NCBI GenBank assembly: GCA_023267435.1
Contig: JAHFNH010000003.1
Location: 12,717 to 76,716 of the forward strand
From: Candidatus Nomurabacteria bacterium
Lineage (GTDB): Bacteria; Patescibacteriota; Minisyncoccia; Phycocordibacterales; UBA9973
DNA length: 64,000 nt
Direction: 5' to 3'
A program made the position numbers and the translations under genes. How positions within the stretch are numbered: the stretch's first letter is position 1; each line of letters begins with the position of its first letter. This document shows positions 1-10,612 of the stretch, one piece after another. Below the pieces are notes generated by a model, which saw nothing but the letters and a program-made list of their open reading frames with translations, did not search any database and had not been told where the DNA came from.

Positions 1-438
1 GCAATTCAACAAATGGAATTTAAAATGGATTCTGGACCAATTATCGCAGAAGAAAAAGTTCCTATACTTCCAGATGAAAAAGCTCCGGATTTGCGAAAAC
101 GCTTGATAAAAACTGGAGGAGAATTATTAGTAAAAACTCTGCCTGATTTTATAGATGGAAAAATTAAAACTATTCCACAAAATGAAAACGAGGCGACTTA
201 CTGCAAAAAAATAAAAAAAGAAGATGGTCTGATAGATTTATCAGATGATCCTGTAAAAAATTATAATAAATTCAGAGCTTATTCTCTTTGGCCACGAACT
301 TTCTTTTTTCAAGATGGAAAAAGAATTATTATTACTGAGGCCAAACTAGAAAACAATCAATTTGTAATACAAAAAGTTTTACCAGAAGGTAGAAAAGAAA
401 TAGAATATTCTCTTTTTATTTCTTCCCAAAAGAAGTAA
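1..438 (+). CDS. fmt: Methionyl-tRNA formyltransferase, C-terminal part (truncated by window start)
   Basis: MDSGPII, ATYCKKIKKEDGLID and RAYSLWP motifs of Fmt; frame is open from position 1. Confidence 0.9.
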   Translation, partial: AIQQMEFKMDSGPIIAEEKVPILPDEKAPDLRKRLIKTGGELLVKTLPDFIDGKIKTIPQNENEATYCKKIKKEDGLIDLSDDPVKNYNKFRAYSLWPRTFFFQDGKRIIITEAKLENNQFVIQKVLPEGRKEIEYSLFISSQKK

Positions 439-802
439 CGTCTCTCATTAAGTCTTTGACTTTCTGAGCACCGCGGCGGAAAAGATGCTGTTTGCGATCT
501 TTAGAACGGCTTATTTCGTGGTAAAGATTTTCTTTCACATCATCAATTGCTGCATAAAGATCTGACTTATCTGAACTGGAATAGAATTTCTTTCCATCTA
601 TGGTAATAGAACAATCAGCACGGAAGATCTCGCCTGTTTTATGATGATTGGTTGTTTTAGCGACATCAAAAAGAACTTTTACTTCCCCGCCCTTTTCTTC
701 CATTTTAGAAAGAATTTTTCCTAAATCGGTGACTCGTTGCAATACATAATCATGTATTGCGGGTGTTAACTCCATATTTTTTGCTTGAAAATTTATATTC
801 AT
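416..802 (-). CDS. hpf: Ribosome hibernation promoting factor (RaiA/HPF)
   Basis: MNINFQAKNMELTPAIHDYV...DLYAAID motifs of the HPF/RaiA family. Confidence 0.88.
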   Translation of the reverse strand: MNINFQAKNMELTPAIHDYVLQRVTDLGKILSKMEEKGGEVKVLFDVAKTTNHHKTGEIFRADCSITIDGKKFYSSSDKSDLYAAIDDVKENLYHEISRSKDRKQHLFRRGAQKVKDLMRDVTSFGKK

Positions 803-827
803 ATATTTATTGTATCACACAATTATG

Positions 828-1643
828 CTAATAATAAAATTTTTTTAATGCATTAATTTCTAAATTTTGAACATGCTTTTCAGCTTCAATGATTCCCTTT
901 TCCATCATTTCGACAGCTTCTAGTGGATATTTTCCGGATGCACTCTCCTCTGATAACATTATAGCATCCGCACCAGAAATTATCGCATATGCGACATCCG
1001 TCACCTCTGCACGCGTAGGCAATACATTTTCAGTCATAGAAAGCATCATCTGAGTCGCCACGATCACTGGCTTCTCGGCAATTTTACATTTCGCAATAAT
1101 ATCTTTTTCAATAAATGGTATTTGTTCCAACGGAACTTCATTTCCCAAATCTCCTCGTGCGACCATTACCGCATCGGAAACTTTTATAATTTCATCAATA
1201 TTATCGAGTGCTACCTTGCGTTCAATTTTAGAAATAATTGGAATAACTTTTCCGAACCCTTGCATTTTTTCTCGTAATTTTACGATATCGTTTGCTTCAC
1301 CCACGAAAGACATTGCAATATAATCAACACCTTGTTCGATGCCAAATTTCAAATCAGCTAAATCTTTTTCTGTGATCACTTCCACTGCTCCTTTATTAAA
1401 TTCATGACCAGATTTTTCTTGTACTCTTGGTCCAGATAAATCTTGAATTATCGGTATTCTTTTTCCAGATTCATTAGCACTTTCTCTAACATTTTTAATA
1501 TATCCAGCATGTTCTTCGTATGTACCCCAAGAGAAATTCAAACGCACTACATCCATGCCATGCATTATCATTTCTTTTATTATTTCCTTGTCTTTTGTAG
1601 CTGGTCCTATCGTCGCTACTATTTGTGCTTTTATTCCTTTCAT
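828..1643 (-). CDS. pyk: Pyruvate kinase, minimal barrel-only form
   Basis: [37 protein letters not shown]; start placed at ATG 1643, just after the eno stop. Confidence 0.88.
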   Translation of the reverse strand: MKGIKAQIVATIGPATKDKEIIKEMIMHGMDVVRLNFSWGTYEEHAGYIKNVRESANESGKRIPIIQDLSGPRVQEKSGHEFNKGAVEVITEKDLADLKFGIEQGVDYIAMSFVGEANDIVKLREKMQGFGKVIPIISKIERKVALDNIDEIIKVSDAVMVARGDLGNEVPLEQIPFIEKDIIAKCKIAEKPVIVATQMMLSMTENVLPTRAEVTDVAYAIISGADAIMLSEESASGKYPLEAVEMMEKGIIEAEKHVQNLEINALKKFYY

Positions 1644-1645
1644 AA

Positions 1646-2881
1646 TTATGGTTTGGCTATTTTTATTAATCTTTGATATTTTATCATTCTTTCCGGTTTT
1701 ATTGGAGAACCTGATTTTAATCCGTAACATCCGAAAGCATAAGCTAGATCTGCGATAAAATCATCATTCGTCTCTCCGCTGCGATGACTCACAATTAACT
1801 CAACATTATTATCTCGTGCTAATTTCATTGTCTCCAGCGTCTCAGAAAGGGTTCCAATCTGATTTGGTTTAATAATCATTGCATTTACGCTTTTTTCATC
1901 TATCGCCTTCTGTAAGAGAACTTTATTCGTAACAGTCAGATCATCTCCCACTACTATCAGACTGGCATTATTTTCTTTCAATTTTCTAAAGCTTTCAAAA
2001 TCTTCTTCATCAAATGGATCTTCAATAGAAAGTAAATTAAATTCTGTAATAAGATTTTTATAAATTTCCATTAATTCTTCTTTAGAAAGATTTTTTCCAT
2101 CTACTTTATATGTATAACTTTTATTATCAAAAAAAGAAGAAGCTGCAACATCTAATGCAAATCGAACTTTACCTTCCAGATTATTTCTTTTTACTGCTTC
2201 ATTTAAAAATTCTAAAGGTTTTCTAATATCGCTAATCTTCGGTGCCAAACCTCCTTCATCACCCAGAAGAATTGATTCATCTCCCAATTCTCCGTCAATG
2301 ATTTCTTCCAGCGTATTTTGTATTTTTATTCCGATATCAACAGCCTCTGACGCATTTTCTGTATCTGGCACGACATGATATTCTTGGAAAGCTAAATCAT
2401 TCTTTGCGTGCTTTCCGCCGTTTATTAAATTCATATAAAGATGCGGAACTTTTCTGGAAGGTTTTATTTCTTTCAAGGTTCGCAAATATTCAAATACTTC
2501 AACATCTAAAACTTTCACCGCAACTTTCGCGCAAGCAATAGAAACACCGATCATGGAATTACCACCTAGATTGTCTTTATTAGGTGTGCCATCTAATTCA
2601 ACCATCGCATTATCTATTTCCTTTTGATTTCGAATATCTTTCCCAATCAAAGCAGAAGCAATAATAGTATTTATTTTTTGAATTGCGTTCTTTACTCCCT
2701 TTCCATCATCATCACGAAGCTCATGCGCTTCATGAATGCCAGTACTAGCTCCGGAAGGAACAGAAAAACTAGCCGACTTATCATCAACAAAAACTGTCAC
2801 TTTTATTGTAGGATTTCCACGTGAATCTCTTATTTCTTCTGCTTCTATCTTGGTAATGAGATAAAAATTATCTTCTGTCAT
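1646..2881 (-). CDS. eno: Enolase
   Basis: [38 protein letters not shown]. Confidence 0.97.
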   Translation of the reverse strand: MTEDNFYLITKIEAEEIRDSRGNPTIKVTVFVDDKSASFSVPSGASTGIHEAHELRDDDGKGVKNAIQKINTIIASALIGKDIRNQKEIDNAMVELDGTPNKDNLGGNSMIGVSIACAKVAVKVLDVEVFEYLRTLKEIKPSRKVPHLYMNLINGGKHAKNDLAFQEYHVVPDTENASEAVDIGIKIQNTLEEIIDGELGDESILLGDEGGLAPKISDIRKPLEFLNEAVKRNNLEGKVRFALDVAASSFFDNKSYTYKVDGKNLSKEELMEIYKNLITEFNLLSIEDPFDEEDFESFRKLKENNASLIVVGDDLTVTNKVLLQKAIDEKSVNAMIIKPNQIGTLSETLETMKLARDNNVELIVSHRSGETNDDFIADLAYAFGCYGLKSGSPIKPERMIKYQRLIKIAKP

Positions 2882-2919
2882 ATACAGATAATTTTACCAT
2901 ATTTGTCATATTTTTAATA

Positions 2920-3366
2920 TTAAGCTGCCTGAGATAATTTAGTTTTTTCTATGGAAAAATCAACGCTTTCCCCTCCTTTATTGAACACAAAAAATCTGTT
3001 TCCCTGTTCATCCAAAAAATCCTTTGTGCACTTCCATGACTGTCCATCAGGAAGGTCGAGCGTTAAACCGTACATATTCGCAAGACCTTTATTTTTAAGC
3101 AAAATATTAACAACTTCACTTTCTAATTGTTCTTCGACAGAAGGAGTTATGTTTTCTATTTTTACATCTTCCACCTCATTATTTTTTACCTCTATTTCCG
3201 GCAAGGATTGTTTCTTAACATTATCATAATATTCTAATGCCTCTTCCTTGGTTATACCCAAGCTTTCTAGAGGAGGGTTTACAAGTTCCTGTAATTCCTT
3301 ATCTGTCGGTACTTTTTTCTCCTCACCTTTTTTATTAAATTCTATATTCATATTTCTACTATACAT
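2920..3366 (-). CDS. Hypothetical acidic protein
   Basis: 148-aa ORF filling the gap on the same strand as its neighbours; no motif recognised. Confidence 0.6.
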   Translation of the reverse strand: MYSRNMNIEFNKKGEEKKVPTDKELQELVNPPLESLGITKEEALEYYDNVKKQSLPEIEVKNNEVEDVKIENITPSVEEQLESEVVNILLKNKGLANMYGLTLDLPDGQSWKCTKDFLDEQGNRFFVFNKGGESVDFSIEKTKLSQAA

Positions 3367-3401
3367 CTTTTAAAGTAAAAAGTAAAACTAGATAAATACT
3401 T

Positions 3402-4676
3402 TTATTTTTTAGTTAAAAGGATCATTAAATCTGACACATTTGCGCCGGTGGCGCCAGTCATAATCATATCGCCTGATTTTTGAAAGATTGGGTATGCATC
3501 AAAACGAGCTTGATAATCATCTAGATTTAAGCCAAGTTTTTCTATTTTTTCTATCGTTCTTTTATCAATGATTGCCCCCGCTGAATCGCAATTATCCATA
3601 CCATCCGACGCAAGTGGAATCAAAACAGAATTTTCATCAGTCATTTTTTCTTTAACAGCTCGAAGTGCCATAAAAAGATTTCTGCCTCCGCTGCCTCCTT
3701 TTGTTTTCACTTCCAACTTTGGCTCCCCTGCAGCTAAAACAACAGTGTTATCTTTCTGCGAACCAAAAAGTTTCTTGAGAGATTCATCTACCTCGTCATA
3801 CATTTCTGTAGAAATTATATTTGCCTCAAGGCCGAGTTCTTTTGCTTTTACTGCCATTGCTTCTACTGCTGTTTTATTTGAAACCAAAACAAAGTTGTGA
3901 ACCTTTTCAAAATACTTATCATCCTTCGGTGTTTCTATTAAATCGAGCTTTTCCATACTGTGCTCACTGATAATTTTTTCAGCATCAGCAATAGTCGTAT
4001 TGTCTTTATAGGTTGGTCCGGAAGCAACATCATCAAAATGATCTCCGGGGACATCAGAAAAAATAAGACCGATAACAGTCGCAGGATAGGCAACCTTGGC
4101 TAAACCTCCGCCTTTCAATACAGAAACATGTTTTCTTAAGGTATTAAGTTCAATTATTGTTTGCTTAGATTTCAAAGATTCCTCGTATAAAATCTGCCCT
4201 TGTATGCATTCACCTTCTGAAGGGCAAAGCAAAGCTGATCCACCACCAGAAACTATAGCGATAACAAGATCATCTTCTTCTGATTTATCTGCTATTTCAT
4301 AAATCATTTTTCCAGGACCAATATTTATTTCTGACGGTCTAGGATGCGTGCCAGAAAAAGTCTCAATATAGTCACAAGTAACTTTATGAAGTCCAATAAC
4401 CACACCCTCATCTATCTTTTGTCCTAATATTTTTTCTAGTGCCAAAGCTGCGTCACAAGAAGCCTTACCAAAACCAACTACTTTTATTTTTTTAAATTTA
4501 CTTAAATCAAAAACTTCACCTTGAATAGATAAAATATTATTTTCCAACTTTATAAAGTTTAGTATTACTTTTTCAGTGTTTATAGCATCTAAGCCTGATT
4601 CTGCAATCTCTAAAGCTATTTTTCTATTTTCGGTAATAGCTAATTCTTCAAAATTTTTAATCCATCTTTTAGTCAT
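3402..4676 (-). CDS. Glycerate 2-kinase (type 2, DUF4147/MOFRL family)
   Basis: VGFGKA, SGGGSAL, KGGGLA, SDVPGD..VASGPT, GGRN, ASDGMD, TGANVSDL; likely start ATG 4676. Confidence 0.9.
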   Translation of the reverse strand: MTKRWIKNFEELAITENRKIALEIAESGLDAINTEKVILNFIKLENNILSIQGEVFDLSKFKKIKVVGFGKASCDAALALEKILGQKIDEGVVIGLHKVTCDYIETFSGTHPRPSEINIGPGKMIYEIADKSEEDDLVIAIVSGGGSALLCPSEGECIQGQILYEESLKSKQTIIELNTLRKHVSVLKGGGLAKVAYPATVIGLIFSDVPGDHFDDVASGPTYKDNTTIADAEKIISEHSMEKLDLIETPKDDKYFEKVHNFVLVSNKTAVEAMAVKAKELGLEANIISTEMYDEVDESLKKLFGSQKDNTVVLAAGEPKLEVKTKGGSGGRNLFMALRAVKEKMTDENSVLIPLASDGMDNCDSAGAIIDKRTIEKIEKLGLNLDDYQARFDAYPIFQKSGDMIMTGATGANVSDLMILLTKK

Positions 4677-4703
4677 AATTTTTACTTGATTCAGTAGAAT
4701 CAC

Positions 4704-5717
4704 CTACTGGGTAATCAAGTTTTGTAAACTACCAGCGATAAAAGCATTAATATTCTCTACTGTGGTTTTTAATATTTCAGCCACAGCTTCTTTGGTGTAA
4801 AAAGCAATATGCGGAGTCATGATAACATTTGGCATTTTTACAAGTTCATGATTTAAGGCAATATTTTTTTTATCTTCTTCACTAGCTTTTCCACTCGCAA
4901 AAAATTTAACCTCATCTTTTAATTTTCTCTCACACTCAAGCACATCGAGACCAGCACCAGCGAGTGTGCCATCTTTTAATCCATTTAGAAGTGCTTCCGT
5001 CTCAACTATTTCACCACGAGCGGTATTGATCAAGTATGCACCTTTTTTAAATTGCTTAATATTATCTTTATTTATCAAATGAAATGTCGTTTCATTATAC
5101 GGAGCGTGAATAGATACAATATCACAAACAGAAAGTAATTCTATAAGAGGAACATACTCAATACCCTCCTCTTCCGAAAAATTAAAATCAGGGTAAAGGT
5201 CTGTGGCTAAAACTTTCATACCGAAACCTTTCGCAATACGCGCAGAATTTTTTCCAATTTTTCCAGTACCAACAATACCGATAGTCTTACCAAACAAATC
5301 GAAACCCTCAAAACCACCTATTGAAAAATCATTTTTCTCACAAATCTGCTTATTAGCAACATAAGCTCTGCGTGAAAGTGAAAGGAGTAAAGCAAAAGCA
5401 AACTCTGCGACTGTTCGAGACCCATAAGATGGAACATTAGAAACTTGGATACCTTTAGAACTACAATATTTTATATCAATATGATCAAAACCTGTTGAAC
5501 GTGTAGCTATGAATTTAAGACTTGGTAGTTGGTCGATAATTTCTTTATTCATTTCAGAATTTACGAAAACAGAAACTATCTCAGCATCTTTTGCTAAATG
5601 TAAATTTTCTGTATTGATTTTATCTTCAGAAAAAGAAATATCAAAATTCAAACCAGCCATAGAACTAGTCAGGACATCTTGATCCTCTTTGGACACCTCG
5701 AAAAAAGTTATTTTCAT
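4704..5717 (-). CDS. D-isomer-specific 2-hydroxyacid dehydrogenase (D-lactate DH / hydroxypyruvate reductase-like)
   Basis: RSTGFDHID, GIVGTGKIG, INTARG, GLDVLE, TPHIAFYT. Confidence 0.92.
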   Translation of the reverse strand: MKITFFEVSKEDQDVLTSSMAGLNFDISFSEDKINTENLHLAKDAEIVSVFVNSEMNKEIIDQLPSLKFIATRSTGFDHIDIKYCSSKGIQVSNVPSYGSRTVAEFAFALLLSLSRRAYVANKQICEKNDFSIGGFEGFDLFGKTIGIVGTGKIGKNSARIAKGFGMKVLATDLYPDFNFSEEEGIEYVPLIELLSVCDIVSIHAPYNETTFHLINKDNIKQFKKGAYLINTARGEIVETEALLNGLKDGTLAGAGLDVLECERKLKDEVKFFASGKASEEDKKNIALNHELVKMPNVIMTPHIAFYTKEAVAEILKTTVENINAFIAGSLQNLITQ

Positions 5718-5732
5718 CCTGCTATTATAGCA

Positions 5733-5957
5733 TTATTCAATATCTACAGCCAAAAGCTTGTGGGGATGATGGTGCCCATTTATGATACGAACCTTTCCTT
5801 TGGGCACCTTGAAATGTAAGGCTAAAAGTTCGATGACTCTTTTGTTAGCCATATTCTTTTCAGCCTTTTCCTTCACAGAAATATCAAAATGATCTTTCGA
5901 TTTTTCTATAAAATTTTCCTTTTTTGCACCAGCAATGACTACTGCTTTTATATACAC
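5733..5957 (-). CDS. DUF167/YggU family protein
   Basis: VKEKAEKNMANKRVIELLA..F......VRIINGH pattern. Confidence 0.8.
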   Translation of the reverse strand: MYIKAVVIAGAKKENFIEKSKDHFDISVKEKAEKNMANKRVIELLALHFKVPKGKVRIINGHHHPHKLLAVDIE

Positions 5958-5975
5958 CTTTTATTTTTGATTAGA

Positions 5976-8492
5976 TTACTGACCTTTACACTTTTGACAC
6001 TGAGCTCTAACCGCTTCAGGTACATATGAACATGATGGTACTGGAGCGAAAACACTACAATCCACAGTAGGAGCTGTAGTACCAGTCGGAGGGGTCGTCA
6101 TACCAGCTGGAGGAGTTGTTCCAGTTCCAGTTGGTGGTGTAAATCCGGTTGACATACCACCAGGAATACTGCCACTAGATGGACCATAATCTCCTGTTGG
6201 AATAGTAAATCCTGAAGGCATACCAGTTGGAATATCGCTTGGACTAAAACCTTGTGGAATATTCTCTGGTTTAAAACTGTCTGGTATTTTTGGTTTGAAA
6301 TTTGCCATACAAGCGGTAACTAAGGAAGTAACAACTTCCTGACCAGCCTGACCACTTTGAATTTTTGCCATCATCTCGTCATTTATTTTACTTTTAACAC
6401 AATCACGAATTTCTGCCGGTGCCTGATTTAATTTATCATCCATCATTTTTAAAGCCGAACTTTTTAGCACAGCTGCACAATCTTGCATAGCTTTGCCGAC
6501 TTCTGCTCCAGCTCCTGTATTGTCTCCTTTTTCATAAGCAGCTACTTTGTCTTTTCCAAGTTTATCTTCTAAACAAGCTCGAGCTTCAGGTGGCATCTGA
6601 CCAAGCCCTGTTTTAAATTTATCCATACCTTGTGTCTTCATAGCTTCAAAACATTTCTGGAAAATAGCTCCTTGTTCTGATGTTGGTGTAGCACCTGCTT
6701 TAATTTTATCCAATCCTCCGGCACCCAATTCCTTGTTTAGACAATCTATTGTTTCAGGTGTTGCCTGATCTAAAGAACTTTTCATTTGATCTAACAACTT
6801 GCCCATATTCTTTTCGAAACAATCTTTTATCTTTGCTCCCATTTCTGGTCCAGGCATAAATTTACCACCCTCAATATCACCAATAACTCCTTGTCCAAAA
6901 TTATCTTTCAAACATTGAAGCACTTCTGGTGGAGATTGTTTCAATCCCGCTTTTAACATATTTACGCCGTCTTGCATTTGTTTCAATTTATCAGCTGGAA
7001 TGATATCGTGCTCTTTCGCGAATTGGAAACAAGATTCCTGATTAGCTGTATCATTACAAAATGCTGCACATGTATCTTTTGACTTACATCCGCCAGGACC
7101 CTTGCCTCCAACCTTTTTAGCCATAGCAGCATCTTCAGGACTAATGAGTCCGGCCTTCTCAGCGAAAGTTAAACATTCAGTGGTGTTGCTATCATTATTA
7201 CAATATTTCTGACACTCATCTTTTGTTTTACATCCGCCTGGTGATTGTCCAGAATTTATCAGTGGTAAAACTTTTCGAGCCAGTGCGGCATCTTCAGCAC
7301 TGACAAAACCTGCTTTCTCAGCAAAACCTAAACACTCCGTTGCATTAGCAGAAACCGCGCAATAACTAGAACAAGAATCTTTATCTTTACAACCTCCTGG
7401 CATTGTCGCACCAGCTTTCAAAGCTGAAGCTACTTGTTTCGCCTCTTTTAAAGCCCCAGCTGGAATAAGGTCGTGTTTTTCAGCAAAAGTTAGACATGAA
7501 TCTATATTTTTCAAATCACTACAAAAAGCCTCACAAGAAGCTTTATCTTTACAACTACCAGGACCTTCACCTTTTAATACATCAGAAAACTTTCTTGATT
7601 GATCAGCTTGTTCTTTTGTAACTAAACCAGTTTTTTCTCCGTAAGAAATACAAGCCATCATATTTTCTTGTTTCGTACAGAAAGATTGACAATCTGCTTC
7701 ACTTTTACAACTACCAAGTTCGGCTATGGGAAATTTCGTAACTGGTTTTTCAGTCTTGCTTAAATGACCGACGGGACCATAAGTACCATCAATAACTACA
7801 CCATCAGCAGTAAAACTATAAACTCTACCCCAAAGATTTAGTTTATTGTCTTTCGGATTAATTGTTTTATATCCAAAAGTTATTACAGCTCCTGAACCTT
7901 CATTTAAACCAGTCACTGACCAATTAGTACTAGACGAATTGTATTGGACAGTATATGTCTCTCCTCCTTTGAGTGTACCCATTGGATCACTCGCGCCTAT
8001 CCAACCAGAATCATCAAAACTCGTTGTATCAAAAATTACATAAAATGTATTACCTCCATAAATATAATCTGCCCACGCATTAGAAACTGGTATGTCTTTA
8101 GGTGCAAAAATTTCTACACCGGAAGAAGTCCAACCTTGCTTTATAGCATCAGCAGTTAAAGTAAGAATATTGGTATTACCAGCATAATCAGCAACATAAA
8201 ATTCCTGACCGCCAGAAATATTAGCGGTAACCTTATAAGTTCCCTGACCGCCTGAAATAAGAACCTTGAAACCTTTTCCGTCTGGATTTAAAGCAAAACG
8301 ATTTTTACCCACAGACATAGCTGAAGGATGACTAATAGCCTTACCAGTTTCACAGTCAGTATATGTCCAAAACAAACCAGAAGAACAACCGCGCTCGATT
8401 TTTATATCAGCTGCAGAAACATTTTTTGAAACAATAAAGATACTTAGAACCAAAATTAGGAAAACAAAAATATTTTTTTTCATTATATTCAT
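5976..8492 (-). CDS. Large secreted Cys-rich repeat surface protein
   Basis: N-terminal signal peptide; five 4-Cys repeats; four 2-Cys helical repeats; Pro/Thr/Gly-rich tail. Confidence 0.85.
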   Translation of the reverse strand: MNIMKKNIFVFLILVLSIFIVSKNVSAADIKIERGCSSGLFWTYTDCETGKAISHPSAMSVGKNRFALNPDGKGFKVLISGGQGTYKVTANISGGQEFYVADYAGNTNILTLTADAIKQGWTSSGVEIFAPKDIPVSNAWADYIYGGNTFYVIFDTTSFDDSGWIGASDPMGTLKGGETYTVQYNSSSTNWSVTGLNEGSGAVITFGYKTINPKDNKLNLWGRVYSFTADGVVIDGTYGPVGHLSKTEKPVTKFPIAELGSCKSEADCQSFCTKQENMMACISYGEKTGLVTKEQADQSRKFSDVLKGEGPGSCKDKASCEAFCSDLKNIDSCLTFAEKHDLIPAGALKEAKQVASALKAGATMPGGCKDKDSCSSYCAVSANATECLGFAEKAGFVSAEDAALARKVLPLINSGQSPGGCKTKDECQKYCNNDSNTTECLTFAEKAGLISPEDAAMAKKVGGKGPGGCKSKDTCAAFCNDTANQESCFQFAKEHDIIPADKLKQMQDGVNMLKAGLKQSPPEVLQCLKDNFGQGVIGDIEGGKFMPGPEMGAKIKDCFEKNMGKLLDQMKSSLDQATPETIDCLNKELGAGGLDKIKAGATPTSEQGAIFQKCFEAMKTQGMDKFKTGLGQMPPEARACLEDKLGKDKVAAYEKGDNTGAGAEVGKAMQDCAAVLKSSALKMMDDKLNQAPAEIRDCVKSKINDEMMAKIQSGQAGQEVVTSLVTACMANFKPKIPDSFKPENIPQGFSPSDIPTGMPSGFTIPTGDYGPSSGSIPGGMSTGFTPPTGTGTTPPAGMTTPPTGTTAPTVDCSVFAPVPSCSYVPEAVRAQCQKCKGQ

Positions 8493-8495
8493 AAA

Positions 8496-8750
8496 TTAAT
8501 TACCAAAAGGGTTTGTATACCCTGATTTATAAGGATTCGTTTCGACCGAATTAAATGGATTAACATTAGGGATCTTTTCCATTGGTTGGACATCTCCTAC
8601 TCCATTAGACAAAGCTCCGCCTAAAGACGCAGCTCCTGTATCCACCTTTACTTCTTCTTTCTTGGTTGGATTTTTATAAACAAAGAACCAAACGGCTATA
8701 GTAACCAAAACAATGATTACAACAGCGCTAATAATTGTTGTTTTTTTCAT
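8496..8750 (-). CDS. Small single-TM membrane protein
   Basis: N-terminal hydrophobic helix; repeated NPF/NPY motifs; stop lies 3 nt before the start of the large repeat protein. Confidence 0.7.
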   Translation of the reverse strand: MKKTTIISAVVIIVLVTIAVWFFVYKNPTKKEEVKVDTGAASLGGALSNGVGDVQPMEKIPNVNPFNSVETNPYKSGYTNPFGN

Positions 8751-8896
8751 ATCCTTATTATAACTCCCCTGCCCATAGAATCAAACCATCTGTGGATATT
8801 GCTTGACAACATAATATTATTCTGATAACCTATCTACTCACTCAGTTAAATGAGTTCGTTGAAAACTAAATATAAACCCTTAAACCCAAAAAAACC

Positions 8897-9505
8897 ATGG
8901 TGAAAAAAACGTTTAAAATCGGCAACACAATTTTTAAATTTAAAAAGTTATCCGGAGAAGAATTACACTACAACACAGCAGTCACTAAAAAAATCCTTTC
9001 CCGAGGAGAAGACAGAATTATTGTTGAAGCTGATCTACACATAAGAAGAGTAGATAATCGGATTGAAAAAATATCTCCATATGCTCTTCTTATTGAAAAT
9101 CCACACAAAGAGGATATAGAAAACAGTCTGATTGAATTAATAAAAAAAGCAGAAGAAGAAAGTGGATTAGTTATGTTAACACTAACCGATTTAACTTTCT
9201 TTGGTCTCAATCCCCCTTGGCATAAAAGGATTAGTAATTCGATTAAAAAGTTAATGCCAAAAGAATACAAATTTGGAACACTGAGCCACACTAGTGGGAC
9301 AGAGTTACGAAAACACTATCCGGTAAAAACAATAGGTGTAAACGAAGTTGATTACCATGATATTTCTGTGTTTACATCAGGAAAAGTTGTTGCTCTTTTT
9401 AAAAAAGTTGAAAAGTCAATAAAAAATGTAAGTACCATGGAGGTAAAAAGTTCCTATCAAAAACTTCGAAAGCCGGTAACTCAAAAAGTATCAGAGGAAG
9501 CTTAA
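8897..9505 (+). CDS. Hypothetical protein
   Basis: 202-aa ORF with an upstream TTGACA promoter-like element and a downstream terminator. Confidence 0.65.
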   Translation: MVKKTFKIGNTIFKFKKLSGEELHYNTAVTKKILSRGEDRIIVEADLHIRRVDNRIEKISPYALLIENPHKEDIENSLIELIKKAEEESGLVMLTLTDLTFFGLNPPWHKRISNSIKKLMPKEYKFGTLSHTSGTELRKHYPVKTIGVNEVDYHDISVFTSGKVVALFKKVEKSIKNVSTMEVKSSYQKLRKPVTQKVSEEA

Positions 9506-9524
9506 GGGTTTAAAACAAAAAACA

Positions 9525-9557
9525 AAAAAGCCCTTGAATATTATTCAAGGGCTTTTT
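9525..9557. terminator. Bidirectional intrinsic terminator
   Basis: aaaaagcccttgaata-t-tattcaagggcttttt between convergent genes. Confidence 0.85.
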
Positions 9558-9563
9558 ATTTTA

Positions 9564-9983
9564 CTACATAAAATACAAAACCGCAGGGAAAGCTATTCCG
9601 TTTTTTCTTTCGCGGGATAAATTAATAATATTATCCAACAAATTTTTTTGATTTTCTTTTCTTTCTAAAGAGTCAGGATTTTTTATAATCTGATTATATT
9701 GATTAATCAAACTATTAAATTCTTCGATTCTTTTTTTCAGAATATTGTGGTCAAAATCTTTAGGTTGCAAATGATGCTTCCCTCTCATTTCTTCTTCAAG
9801 TAAAATTAAAGAATCTACAGCAGACAGTTTCGAATCACGAAATAGTTCTGAATGCTTTTCTTCTAAGGTTTTAAGAGTTGCAGAAGATGAAAGACCTGTA
9901 TCCAATAAACGATAGGGATAATGACATTCATTTACGAAATGCCCAAATATTAAAAAGTGGGCTGAGTTGGTTGTTTCTTCCAT
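9564..9983 (-). CDS. Hypothetical protein
   Basis: 139-aa ORF with an upstream TTGACT promoter-like element. Confidence 0.55.
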   Translation of the reverse strand: MEETTNSAHFLIFGHFVNECHYPYRLLDTGLSSSATLKTLEEKHSELFRDSKLSAVDSLILLEEEMRGKHHLQPKDFDHNILKKRIEEFNSLINQYNQIIKNPDSLERKENQKNLLDNIINLSRERKNGIAFPAVLYFM

Positions 9984-10084
9984 ACATTAATTTTTTAGCG
10001 GTTTATATTTAATTGATTTTAAAGAACTATTCTTACAGAAGACTAGTGTAATATAAAAATACTTAAAGTCAAGAGAATTGACTA

Positions 10085-10594
10085 TTAATAACTTAAACCA
10101 AATAGATGTAATACTATGCCAGTTAAAGGATCAGCTGAGTTTTTGTAAACCATAGCCCCACCGAGCAAACCAGTTACTGTAATAGCTAACATACCCAACA
10201 CTGCTAAACTTTTTGAAACAAAAGGGCTTGTTATCATTTTCTGAATAAAGACAATAATATTAATAACCTTTGGAGAATTAAATTTTAAATTATTAACAAC
10301 AAAAGGTAAGATCTCGCCTAATACCAGTAAACCATAAAGTAGTGTGGTAATTGAAGCAAACAATGAATGAGCACTAACGAGCTGTCTATTTGGATGCACC
10401 AAATGCGTAGCTGTCTCCCCTGTAGAAAGTGCGACAAATGCACCCAGCAATCCGATCACAAGCAATACGTTTTCAATATGCTTCCAAGAAACTTTCGGAA
10501 ACCATTTTTGAAATGGAATAATTTTTATTAATGAATAAAGAAAAAGCAAAGCTATCGGAAAGTGAACAAAAATCGGATGTATGTTATATGTCAT
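10085..10594 (-). CDS. DUF2231-family membrane protein
   Basis: IHPIFVHFPIALL, STGE.A, TGLLGGAMVY; four TM segments. Confidence 0.82.
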   Translation of the reverse strand: MTYNIHPIFVHFPIALLFLYSLIKIIPFQKWFPKVSWKHIENVLLVIGLLGAFVALSTGETATHLVHPNRQLVSAHSLFASITTLLYGLLVLGEILPFVVNNLKFNSPKVINIIVFIQKMITSPFVSKSLAVLGMLAITVTGLLGGAMVYKNSADPLTGIVLHLFGLSY

Positions 10595-10612
10595 ATTTTT
10601 TTAAATTATTAA

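Noticed and set aside
1644-1730. N-terminal extension of the pyruvate kinase ORF
   Set aside because: It overlaps the enolase 3' end; PK homology begins at [14 protein letters not shown].
6060-7730. Repetitive DNA in the large Cys-rich gene as a CRISPR array or DNA tandem repeat
   Set aside because: The repeats are degenerate and conserved at protein level, with no constant repeat-spacer pattern and no cas genes.
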